Position numbers and translations under genes: made by a program. Of a stretch of 64,000 nt of DNA, positions 18,936-28,251 are shown piece after piece. How positions within the stretch are numbered: position 1 is the stretch's first letter; every line of letters begins with the position of its first letter. A model generated the notes under the pieces. The model made no database searches. It saw only the letters and a program-made list of their open reading frames with translations, and was not told the origin of the DNA. The stretch is from Candidatus Latescibacterota bacterium (lineage in GTDB: Bacteria; Latescibacterota; UBA2968): the NCBI GenBank assembly GCA_038279365.1, contig JAYODI010000005.1, positions 13,728-77,727 of the forward strand, in the 5' to 3' direction.

Positions 18936-21422
18936 TCAGTTATCTTTATTTTTCTCGTCCCCTAAAAATCTGCGCTGACTCAGTGCCGTCATATCACTGG
19001 GGTTCAATGCCAATGCCTTATCAAAAGCATCATGCGCCCCATCAAAATCTTTCAAATTCATCAACGCAACACCCAACAAAGTGTACACATCTGCCAAATC
19101 AGCATCTAATGCCAGACTATTTCGGTATGCTTTGGCCGCTGCTTTAAAATCTTTCAAATACATACAGGCCGTCCCCAAATTCTGATAGGCGTCTACATAA
19201 TCGGGTGCCAAAGCAACCGTTTGTTCAAAGTGTAATCGGGCTTGTTGATAATTTTCCAATGCGGCCTGTGTGAGCCCCAAATAATAATGTGCCTGAACAT
19301 GATCGTATTTCAAATCAACACATCTTTGAAAACACACACGTGCATCTTCATACGATTTGGTTCGGTAAAATAACTTTCCCAATGTCAACTGGCGATCTGC
19401 ATTTTGGGTATTGCGATCCGCCGCCTCTCGATAAGTTGCAATTGCACGCACCGTATCACCCAATGCCAAATACACATAGCCCAAATTTGTACGGGCAACA
19501 TAAAATTTGGGTGAAACATCAACTGCGCGTATCAACCACGGCAAAGCTTGTTCATAGGCTTTTTTATCGATGTAATAAGATGCTATATTGTTTGCGATAG
19601 ACCCATCAAATGTGGAATCAGGTATCTGCTCAAATATCGCCAAAGCATCGTCATACCGGTCTAACCCCAACAACACATTCCCCATTTTGTGCATCACACC
19701 AGAACTATCAATGCCAATGCGCTTAAACCCTTTGTCAAGCCGTTCCAATGTTCTACCATAGGCCACTAAGGCAACGTCTAAATCACCATCTTTGCGCAAA
19801 GCATCACCCAAAAGATCGTAGGCCAAGGGTGCAGAATCAAAGAACGGATCTGAAATACGACTTGCGTCGGGACGAATCACATACAACAAAGGCACGCCTT
19901 GCACATCGACCGTATGCAAAATGTCGCCGGGAATGGCCCTGTGTGCATCAAAAAATGTATTACCCACATAATAGTTGGCATGATGCAATTGGGTTCTCCG
20001 AAATTCAAAACGAGAACGATCCACCATATAGGCCACATTTTTGTATAAACTTCCAATCACAGGCTTTGCCTCTCCAGCTTTACTTGTAGCCTGTGCTTCT
20101 ATCCAACGCACACCCTGTTTATACGTATGGTTCCAATAATCGGTATCATAAGATTTTGAGGCCTCCGCCAAACCACCTCCAAAAACCCGGTTGAAATACA
20201 CATACTGATTGGGATGCATTGTCACCATATCAAACACCACTGCCAACATTGCCGTACAAAAAACAGCACCCATCAGACGCAAAACCCATATCTGCTTCAA
20301 AAGACAAATCGCTTCTGAAACGCCCAACGCACTCACCACCACCAAAGGCGGTATCACAAATGTCAGGTGTCGAATACCATTTAACAACGGCGTGTGAGAA
20401 ACAACACCAAAAACAATGGGGAAAACACCCGCAAAAACCAACACACCCACTTGCAACCCTTTTACAGATTGCAAGTGGGTAAATGACATTTTCCACACCA
20501 CACAAATCCCCCCCACCAACACACCCATCATCACAAACTCTGGAATCGTAATCAACAACCACTGAGGAATATAGTGCCAGGGCAAGGCATTACTCGCCAT
20601 ATATTGCCCGTGATAAAAATTGTAATGCACCTCCGGAAACCTTGAAAATGCGGTCAAACTATCTAACAGTCCCGTAATCGGATGTATATGCAAATAAGGA
20701 AAAAAAGGAAACACCGTCACATACGTCACCACCCCCACGCCCAACACACACAAAACTTGACGTTGCCAATCGCTCAGAATTTCTGCATTTTCAAAACGCC
20801 ACACCTGAACATATCGCAACAAAAAAAACAAACCCAAATAACACACCAACAACGCCGCACTGGATCGAATGCCAAACGTAAGCCCCAAAACCACACCCAA
20901 TTTCCAAATCAAATCGCGCGACAAATGGGGCAACACACCCACACACCGAATCAAATAATACAACGACCACAAATATCCCACAGCAAAAGGAATATCCTTT
21001 GTGTTGTTAAAAACGTGGCCATAATAACGCGGGGTCAAAATCAAAAACAATGCCGCCAAAAAGCCCGCACGAGGTCCACCCAGCAAAGCACCTACCCGAT
21101 AAGCACCCAACACACCCAACACACCCAAAAACCCACACACCAAATGGCGCAATTCATACACATCCATAGGTACCACATGTTTCAACACATAAATCACCAC
21201 ATCAAAAAAACCACCATATAACCAAAGATTCGACGCCATGAATACCGTATGGTCGCGAAACAAACTGCCATACCATTTTGCAATATGTTCGCCATAGGCC
21301 ACATGCAAAGGCTCATCCGTTGTAATACCATAGCTCGAAAATGTCGTCAAGACAACCACACCATATATTGCTATTAACGCATAAAACAACCGTTGCCAAA
21401 AATCTGTCTCCGATGCCTTCAT
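18936..21422 (-). CDS. GT-C (PMT/ArnT-like) membrane glycosyltransferase with C-terminal TPR array
   Basis: GITTDE first-loop acidic motif, PRYYGH.FNN.KD, many TM helices, then multiple TPR repeats. Confidence 0.82.
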   Translation of the reverse strand: MKASETDFWQRLFYALIAIYGVVVLTTFSSYGITTDEPLHVAYGEHIAKWYGSLFRDHTVFMASNLWLYGGFFDVVIYVLKHVVPMDVYELRHLVCGFLGVLGVLGAYRVGALLGGPRAGFLAALFLILTPRYYGHVFNNTKDIPFAVGYLWSLYYLIRCVGVLPHLSRDLIWKLGVVLGLTFGIRSSAALLVCYLGLFFLLRYVQVWRFENAEILSDWQRQVLCVLGVGVVTYVTVFPFFPYLHIHPITGLLDSLTAFSRFPEVHYNFYHGQYMASNALPWHYIPQWLLITIPEFVMMGVLVGGICVVWKMSFTHLQSVKGLQVGVLVFAGVFPIVFGVVSHTPLLNGIRHLTFVIPPLVVVSALGVSEAICLLKQIWVLRLMGAVFCTAMLAVVFDMVTMHPNQYVYFNRVFGGGLAEASKSYDTDYWNHTYKQGVRWIEAQATSKAGEAKPVIGSLYKNVAYMVDRSRFEFRRTQLHHANYYVGNTFFDAHRAIPGDILHTVDVQGVPLLYVIRPDASRISDPFFDSAPLAYDLLGDALRKDGDLDVALVAYGRTLERLDKGFKRIGIDSSGVMHKMGNVLLGLDRYDDALAIFEQIPDSTFDGSIANNIASYYIDKKAYEQALPWLIRAVDVSPKFYVARTNLGYVYLALGDTVRAIATYREAADRNTQNADRQLTLGKLFYRTKSYEDARVCFQRCVDLKYDHVQAHYYLGLTQAALENYQQARLHFEQTVALAPDYVDAYQNLGTACMYLKDFKAAAKAYRNSLALDADLADVYTLLGVALMNLKDFDGAHDAFDKALALNPSDMTALSQRRFLGDEKNKDN

Positions 21423-21542
21423 TCATCATCCTCATGATCCAATATGATACCCATAAAAACCACTGCCCAAATGTGCGATTTGTTGTAAATTAAGCAAACT
21501 TTCAACAATGTAAACTCAAAACTGATATTTGTTTAGGCCACT

Positions 21543-22352
21543 ATGACGACAAACGCACAACACCCCAAATCGAACACACCTCAAATCCAGCCCTCGGTAT
21601 CGCTTATCATACCCACCTATCAAGCAGAATCTTTCATTATACCCCATATAGAACGCCTTGAAACATATGCTCAAAACACACCGATTATTCTAGAAATAAT
21701 ACTCATAGATGATGGCAGCCAGGACCAAACCCCCATCCGCATCAACCAATATCTCAAAACCCATCCCCACACCCATCTCAAATTCATCGCACTCAATCAA
21801 AATGTGGGAAAAGGTGCCGCCATCAAAAAAGGTGTTCAAATTGCCTCAGGCAACATCGTCATCTTCACCGACTGTGACCTTCCCTACTCATTTTCTGACA
21901 TCAATGCCCTTATCCACACGCTCACCACAACACAAGCCGATGTGGTCATAGGAAGCCGAATGCACCCAGAGAGTGTTTATCATATCCGATCTCAAAACCT
22001 CTCCTACATCTACATTCGCCACACCAGCGGTCGTTTGTTCAACTTTCTCATCAATCTCTTTACACGCCTCCACATGGCCGACACCCAAGCAGGCCTAAAA
22101 GGCTTTACCCAAGAAGCAGCAAAATGGTGTTTTGGCAAAATGACCATCTCAGGTTTCGCCTTTGACATCGACTTGCTCGTATGTGCAAAAAAAAACCATT
22201 TGCACATCGAAACCATTCCACTCAACTTTAATTACGATTCTGAAATGAGCACAGTCAGTTTTCTCAAACACGCCGTTCTCATGACCTTGAGCGTTTTACA
22301 CATTGTCTTTAAAAAGTTAACGGGGCATTATACCCGCCCATCAAACCCATGA
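21543..22352 (+). CDS. GT2 polyprenol-phosphate glycosyltransferase (DPM/DPG-synthase-like)
   Basis: IIPTY, IDDGSQD, NVGKGAA, FTDCDL, IGSR, DTQAGLK. Confidence 0.9.
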   Translation: MTTNAQHPKSNTPQIQPSVSLIIPTYQAESFIIPHIERLETYAQNTPIILEIILIDDGSQDQTPIRINQYLKTHPHTHLKFIALNQNVGKGAAIKKGVQIASGNIVIFTDCDLPYSFSDINALIHTLTTTQADVVIGSRMHPESVYHIRSQNLSYIYIRHTSGRLFNFLINLFTRLHMADTQAGLKGFTQEAAKWCFGKMTISGFAFDIDLLVCAKKNHLHIETIPLNFNYDSEMSTVSFLKHAVLMTLSVLHIVFKKLTGHYTRPSNP

Positions 22353-23092
22353 AAATGAAAATTGCCGTCGATGATTACGGCCTGCACCCCAACATAGACA
22401 AAGCCATTCGCACCCTTGCTGAATGTGGCACAGTACAAAAGGTCAGCATCATGGCCAACGCAGCCTACGATCCCGAACCGTTGCCCGACCACATTGAAAC
22501 AGGGCTACATGTTGATCTGACCACCCCATACAGCTTGGGTGGCAAACCATTGGCCTCCAGCCCGTTTCATCTATTGCGATCTCGACATTTATCTCTTGTT
22601 GAACTAGAAGATCGCATGGCTGCACAACTCCACCACCTCACTGCACGTGGTTTCAAAATCACACACATCGATACCCATCAACACATCCACCTCATTCCCA
22701 TCATCTTACAAGCTGTCAAAAACACAGCCACCGCACACCGCATCTCAAACATACGATGCCTCACATTACAAATGCGCCATCACCCCTTTTATTTTTCATC
22801 CCTCCTAAAATGTGGTTTTCTAAAGCAAACCCTCAAACTGCAAACCCTCTATGCAGGGGGATATACGATGACCTCCAAATTATCCGACAGAAATCCAATG
22901 CCCAACCTCGTGCTCATGCCTTTGGCGCAAAGTGGTCACTATGCAAAACTCTTAAACCTATTTGTTCACCACTTTCAAAATCAAAATGCAGAACTCGTTA
23001 CACATCCTGGACTACATGCAAACATCCCAAACGAACCCTATGTGCAAGGCCGAACCATCGAATATCAAGCACTCTTGGCACTTGCCAATTAG
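22349..23092 (+). CDS. YdjC/ChbG/HpnK-family carbohydrate deacetylase
   Basis: VDDYG, GLHVDL, THIDTHQHIH, ELVTHPG; ATGA overlap with the GT2 gene. Confidence 0.85.
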   Translation: MKMKIAVDDYGLHPNIDKAIRTLAECGTVQKVSIMANAAYDPEPLPDHIETGLHVDLTTPYSLGGKPLASSPFHLLRSRHLSLVELEDRMAAQLHHLTARGFKITHIDTHQHIHLIPIILQAVKNTATAHRISNIRCLTLQMRHHPFYFSSLLKCGFLKQTLKLQTLYAGGYTMTSKLSDRNPMPNLVLMPLAQSGHYAKLLNLFVHHFQNQNAELVTHPGLHANIPNEPYVQGRTIEYQALLALAN

Positions 23093-23102
23093 GACACCAA
23101 CC

Positions 23103-23699
23103 ATGTGGGATACCTTCTATAAATATCTGCGCCCCTTCTTTCAAACACCCAACCACATCATGAAACACGTTGATGACCATGTCTCTATCCTCGACATCGG
23201 CTGTGGGTATGGTGAACTCAGCGCCTATATTGCAGAGCAAAAATCATCGCCCCAAATCACAGGCATTGACCACGACACTCACAAAATCCAAACCGCCCAA
23301 ACACGCTATGCCCATATCGCCAACTTGCGTTTTGAAATGACCAATGTAGAAACCCTCTCAAGCATCACACACCACACCGTACTCATCATCGACGTGCTCC
23401 ACTACTTTAATCACGACGATCAACGCAATTTGCTCCAAAAAATATCGGCATCCAACCACGTTCACAAAATCATTGCCAGAGACATTGTTAAAGCCTATCA
23501 TCCTGCCTACTATCTCAATCGCCTCCACGAATTTATCATGACCCGAACAGGGCGCACCAAAGTCTCCCAAACGCAATTTTCATTCTTCACAAAAAAACAA
23601 TGGCACCAAATAGCAGCCAACCTCAACATGACCATCACCATTGAAAAATCGGGTCTGCCCTTTTACAACGACCACCTCATCATATTCTCCAAACCATAG
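23103..23699 (+). CDS. Class I SAM-dependent methyltransferase
   Basis: ILDIGCGYG, GIDHD, IDVLHY; start ATG 23103. Confidence 0.85.
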   Translation: MWDTFYKYLRPFFQTPNHIMKHVDDHVSILDIGCGYGELSAYIAEQKSSPQITGIDHDTHKIQTAQTRYAHIANLRFEMTNVETLSSITHHTVLIIDVLHYFNHDDQRNLLQKISASNHVHKIIARDIVKAYHPAYYLNRLHEFIMTRTGRTKVSQTQFSFFTKKQWHQIAANLNMTITIEKSGLPFYNDHLIIFSKP

Positions 23700-23707
23700 A
23701 GGCTTTT

Positions 23708-24469
23708 ATGTCCACACTTTCTGCCGAACAAATTCACTTCTTCCAAAAAAATGGCTATCTCAAAATAGGAAAATTACTCGAAGACGATCACTTGGCCACT
23801 TTGCAACAAGAATATGACAAAGAGTTTAACCTTGCACGGGAAAACAACCGCTTTCGCAACTTGGCCATCAGCGACACCGAACGCCTTGAAGAAAAAAACA
23901 ATGCACCCACCCAAATGCTCCAAATTATGCAAATGTGTGAACGCAATATGCACTTTCGCAAACTGGTCTACCACGACCCCATTCTCGACATTGCCGAAAG
24001 CCTCATTGGCCCTAACCTACAACTCTTTCACGATCAGGCATTGTTCAAACCCGCACACAATGGCGATGCCGTCTTTTGGCACCAAGACAACGCCTATTGG
24101 CAATGTTTGCCGGCAAATCTTGTTTCCTGTTGGCTCACCCTCGATGATGTCGATGTCTCCAATGGGGCCATGCATGTCTTGCCAGGATCACACCTTCAGG
24201 CCCAAGATCACGAAAAATCCAAACAAACCGGTGCCTTGCTCGACCACGGAGACAAAATAGATGCCTCCAAAGCCGAAGTCATTGACCTACCTGCAGGCGG
24301 TGTTATGTTTCACCATTGCCAAACATTTCATTACACACCGCCTAACAAAACCAACCGCCAACGCCGTGCCTTTGCCATTCACTTTATGACACCCGGCACC
24401 AAATCGGCACGCACAGGTGATCGCCTCAAAGTTTCCTTTGCACGCCCCATGTTGCGCATGAGCATCTAA
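23708..24469 (+). CDS. PhyH-family dioxygenase
   Basis: FQKNGY, LFKPA, WHQD, NGAMHVLPGSH, FHH..TFH. Confidence 0.9.
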   Translation: MSTLSAEQIHFFQKNGYLKIGKLLEDDHLATLQQEYDKEFNLARENNRFRNLAISDTERLEEKNNAPTQMLQIMQMCERNMHFRKLVYHDPILDIAESLIGPNLQLFHDQALFKPAHNGDAVFWHQDNAYWQCLPANLVSCWLTLDDVDVSNGAMHVLPGSHLQAQDHEKSKQTGALLDHGDKIDASKAEVIDLPAGGVMFHHCQTFHYTPPNKTNRQRRAFAIHFMTPGTKSARTGDRLKVSFARPMLRMSI

Positions 24470-24502
24470 CCATCACCATCTTTCTCCACTTGGACCTAAT
24501 CT

Positions 24503-24970
24503 ATGAGCTCCCATCGCATTGGCCTCATCTCCGACACCCACGGCCTCTTACGTCCAGAAGCCACCCGCGCACTTGCGGGTGTTGAACACATCATTCACGC
24601 GGGTGATGTGGGCGACCCCAACATCCTCACCAAGCTCGAAAACATTGCGCCCGTCACGGCCGTACGTGGCAATGTCGATTTCACCACACAGCTCTCCAAC
24701 TTACCCATCAACAACACCTTAGAAATTGGTGAGGTTTCCATTTATATCACCCACATCATCGAAAGCTTAGACATAGACCCCAAAGCAGGTGGATTCCAAG
24801 CGGTCATATTTGGTCACTCCCATCGCCCAGAAGTGGAAGAAAAAAACGGTGTCTTCTACATCAATCCTGGCAGCATCGGCCCTCGCCGCTTCAACTTGCC
24901 CATTTCAATGGCTTATTTGCACATCAACGGCACCCAATTACAAGTAGAACCCCTTGAACTGAATCCATAA
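24503..24970 (+). CDS. YfcE-like metallophosphoesterase
   Basis: ISDTHG, HAGD, VRGNVD, FGHSH, NPGS. Confidence 0.92.
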   Translation: MSSHRIGLISDTHGLLRPEATRALAGVEHIIHAGDVGDPNILTKLENIAPVTAVRGNVDFTTQLSNLPINNTLEIGEVSIYITHIIESLDIDPKAGGFQAVIFGHSHRPEVEEKNGVFYINPGSIGPRRFNLPISMAYLHINGTQLQVEPLELNP

Positions 24971-25000
24971 TTTTTGAACCCCTCGTAAGGAGTTATTCCT

Positions 25001-26062
25001 ATGATCCCTTTCGGAATCGTTGGCACAGGTTGGCGCGCACATTTCTTTTTGCGTGTGGCCAAAGCCTGTCCAGATCGTTTCAAATGCGTAGGTGTGGTCA
25101 CCCGAGACCCACAAAAAGCGGCCCCACTTGCCGAGCAATATGGCATCAAACTCTATCCTTCTCTCAACGACTTATTGGCTCAAAACCCCCTCTTTGTGGT
25201 CACCAGTGTACCGTGGGCCGTCAACCCTGGTCTTTTACACCAACTCGCCGATGCCACCATGCCCGCCCTTTCAGAAACACCACCTGCCCCCACCGTTGAT
25301 GAAATGGCTGAACTTTGCAAACGCACAAAAACAGGTGCCATCATTCAAGTTGCCGAACAGTACTTTCTCCAACCCCATCATCAGGCCAAACTCGCCTTTA
25401 TTCAAACCGGCAAACTCGGCACCATCTCCCAAACCCAAGTCTGCGCCGCACACGGTTATCACGGCATCAGCCTCATTCGCAAATTCCTTGGCATCAACTT
25501 TGAATGCCCCACCATCACCGCCACCGAATTTGTCTCACCCATTGTCAAAAGCCCCAACCGCAATGGCCCTCCTGATACCGAAGAGATTGCCGATTCCAAA
25601 CAATCCATCGCCTGGCTTAACTTTGGCGACAAATTGGGCGTCTTCGACTTTACAGGTGACCTCTACTTTTCACACATTCGCAACCAACGCCTGCTCATTC
25701 GCGGAGAACGCGGCGAAATCATCAACGACACTGTCGCCTACCTTCAAAACCACACCACCCACATCAACCAATCTTTCACCCGACACAGTGCCGGCCCAGA
25801 AGGCAACCTCGAAGGCAACCACCTCAAAGGCTATCAAATTGGTGGCCAATGGGTCTACACCAACCCCCTCGCACCCGGTGAACTCTCCGACGACGAAATT
25901 GCCGTAGGCACCTGCATGCTCAAAATGGCAGAACACGTCAACGGCGGTGACCCCGTCTACCCCCTCGAAGAAGCCTGCCAAGATCACTACCTCAGTTTAT
26001 GTATTCAGCAAGCGCAAAAAGAAAATCGCCCTATCAAAGTAGAAACACCGACTTGGGCATAA
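25001..26062 (+). CDS. Gfo/Idh/MocA-family oxidoreductase
   Basis: GIVGTGWR Rossmann start; SETPP in place of the usual EKP; QVAEQY. Confidence 0.82.
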   Translation: MIPFGIVGTGWRAHFFLRVAKACPDRFKCVGVVTRDPQKAAPLAEQYGIKLYPSLNDLLAQNPLFVVTSVPWAVNPGLLHQLADATMPALSETPPAPTVDEMAELCKRTKTGAIIQVAEQYFLQPHHQAKLAFIQTGKLGTISQTQVCAAHGYHGISLIRKFLGINFECPTITATEFVSPIVKSPNRNGPPDTEEIADSKQSIAWLNFGDKLGVFDFTGDLYFSHIRNQRLLIRGERGEIINDTVAYLQNHTTHINQSFTRHSAGPEGNLEGNHLKGYQIGGQWVYTNPLAPGELSDDEIAVGTCMLKMAEHVNGGDPVYPLEEACQDHYLSLCIQQAQKENRPIKVETPTWA

Positions 26063-26100
26063 AAAAATACGCCGAGACAATTGTGTCTCGGCGTATTTTT
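26063..26100. terminator. Bidirectional terminator
   Basis: AAAAATACGCCGAGACA-loop-TGTCTCGGCGTATTTTT. Confidence 0.88.
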
Positions 26101-26121
26101 GGCTACCAGGCCTTTTTAAAA

Positions 26122-26739
26122 CTATAATTTATTTCCAACTTTTGTTTTGATCTGCGCTTGCGCCGCATCATTTTCCACACCCACCATCTTCAATCGAATA
26201 TTGAGCGTATCGCCCAAAATACCCGTCGCCTGGGTCCAAGCATCCACACCCATATCTGACAAATTCACCTTCATATCGGCAGCAAATCCTGCAATGGGCT
26301 CACCTGTTTGAGGGTGCATGCCACGTCCCAAAATCTTTACGGGCACAGTCACCTCACGCGTCACACCCAACATCGACAAGTTACCTGTCACCATGAGCTT
26401 ATCGCCCATATTTTCAACCTTAGAACTCTTAAAGCGAATCTCAGGGTGTTTGTTCAAATCAAAAAACAACCCCGCCCCCATCAGCACATCGTCATTTTTC
26501 ACCTGAAAACTATTGGCCTTAAAGCAAAATTCAACAGATGAATTTTCCACCCGAATCGGTTCATAAACAATCTGACCTTCAAAGTTATCAAATGTACCTT
26601 TCACGGGCCGAATATCATTTTGTACCTCAAATGTTGAGTAGTGTGAATCCACTCGGTAATTTGTCGCAAATGCACTGCCTGCAACAAACAACAAAACCAA
26701 TGCGCCGAAACCTGCCATACGTGTGTGTTTGAACAACAT
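26122..26739 (-). CDS. YceI-family periplasmic polyisoprenoid-binding protein
   Basis: Signal peptide; YRVD..YS, VKGTF, FFD...HPEIRFKS, VTGNLSMLGVTREV. Confidence 0.85.
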   Translation of the reverse strand: MLFKHTRMAGFGALVLLFVAGSAFATNYRVDSHYSTFEVQNDIRPVKGTFDNFEGQIVYEPIRVENSSVEFCFKANSFQVKNDDVLMGAGLFFDLNKHPEIRFKSSKVENMGDKLMVTGNLSMLGVTREVTVPVKILGRGMHPQTGEPIAGFAADMKVNLSDMGVDAWTQATGILGDTLNIRLKMVGVENDAAQAQIKTKVGNKL

Positions 26740-26803
26740 GGTGAACCTCCCTCAATAAGAAAAGAAATAAAATGTGTGTTGCTTACCAGTTGCTCTTTCT
26801 TTT

Positions 26804-26820
26804 ATCAAATGTTATGCCAA
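26804..26820 (-). promoter_or_regulatory. Putative sigma54 (-24/-12) promoter for the yceI-like gene
   Basis: The - strand reads TTGGCAT-AACAT-TTGAT (consensus TGGCAC-N5-TTGCW). Confidence 0.4.
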
Positions 26821-27098
26821 AATTTTATAAAAAAAATAATTGATTTAAAAACAACAATTTAATTAATTATATCTACGAGAACATATTTTTATAACACAGC
26901 CCTTCTTAAAGGCAAACCCACAAATAAGGTGTATCTAACCGACACACTTGGCGAATTACACCAATCTACTTGCAAAAAATAGAAATTGCTTGTAATCTTA
27001 CCCTTCAACCTTAAAAAGAGCATCGCCTAACGCGCTTAGATGATACCTCTCGCAGACAACCTTTTCATGTGACCAACCCAATATTCCCGAAAAATCTC

Positions 27099-28175
27099 AT
27101 GCCAGAAATTGCCTACTTTGTCACCCCACACGGTTTTGGACACGCCACCCGTGCCGCCGCCGTAATGGCCGCACTGCAAAAACGCAATCCCAATATTCAC
27201 ATCCACATCTTCACCCAAGCCCCAGAGCGCATCTTTACCGAAACCCTTCCACACACATTTACCTATCACAACCTCCTAACAGACTTAGGCCTCGTACAGC
27301 TTACCCCCCTTGAAGCAGATTTCCCAGCAACCATTCAACGCCTCAACACCTTCTACCCCTTAGATCAAACCCTCATTCAAAAACTGGCCCAACAAATTCA
27401 ATCTTGCGTGTGTGTCTGTTGCGACATTGCCCCTTTGGGCATTGCTGTTGCACAAAAAGCCAACCGACCTTCCGTCCTCATTGAGAACTTCACCTGGAAC
27501 TGGATCTACGAACCCTTTGTATCAGATTACCCTGCCTTCACCCCACACATCACCTATTTAAAAGACCTCTTCCAATCGGCAACGCACCATATTCAAACCC
27601 GTCCCGTATGTTACCCAAATGCCAAAGCAACCACCGTGAACCCCGTCAGCCGAGACAATCGCCAGCCTCGCCAAGAAATACGACAAGCACTTGGTTTATC
27701 AGACACATCAAAAGTTGTGATGATCACAATGGGCGGTGTTCCCTTCCAATATGCCGGATCAGATCACTTATCACAATTGACCAACACCTACTTCCTCCTG
27801 CCCAACAGTGGCGACACACTCCGCCAAGAAGGCAACCTCATCCATCTGCCACGCGATTCACAATTGTACCATCCCGATTTGGTCCAAGCAAGCGACCTCG
27901 TCATATCCAAAATCGGTTACAGCACCGTAGCCGAAGTGTATCAAACAGGCACACCATTGGGTTATATCCCACGTCCAGAATTTCGCGAATCAGCAGCCCT
28001 CCAACCCTTCATCGAAACACACATGCCCAGTTTATCCATTAACAATAACGACTTTGAATCGGGCAAATGGCTCCAATCACTCTCTCACCTCTTAGCCCTA
28101 CCACGCGCCCAACGCACCCAACCCAATGGGGCGCACCAAATTGCCGAATACCTCATCACAAATATCTTATCTTAA
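27099..28175 (+). CDS. GT-B fold glycosyltransferase-like protein (resembles L-arabinokinase N-terminal domain)
   Basis: YFVTPHGFGHATR, CDIAP, NFTW..IY, TMGG, SKIGYSTVAE. Confidence 0.75.
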   Translation: MPEIAYFVTPHGFGHATRAAAVMAALQKRNPNIHIHIFTQAPERIFTETLPHTFTYHNLLTDLGLVQLTPLEADFPATIQRLNTFYPLDQTLIQKLAQQIQSCVCVCCDIAPLGIAVAQKANRPSVLIENFTWNWIYEPFVSDYPAFTPHITYLKDLFQSATHHIQTRPVCYPNAKATTVNPVSRDNRQPRQEIRQALGLSDTSKVVMITMGGVPFQYAGSDHLSQLTNTYFLLPNSGDTLRQEGNLIHLPRDSQLYHPDLVQASDLVISKIGYSTVAEVYQTGTPLGYIPRPEFRESAALQPFIETHMPSLSINNNDFESGKWLQSLSHLLALPRAQRTQPNGAHQIAEYLITNILS

Positions 28176-28193
28176 AAACACATATTTGATAAT

Positions 28194-28228
28194 AAAAAAG
28201 GGGCGCATCAAATGACGCGCCCCTTTTT
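28194..28228. terminator. Bidirectional terminator
   Basis: AAAAAAGGGGCGC...GCGCCCCTTTTT. Confidence 0.8.
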
Positions 28229-28251
28229 CATTCTACAGATCAAATACCATC

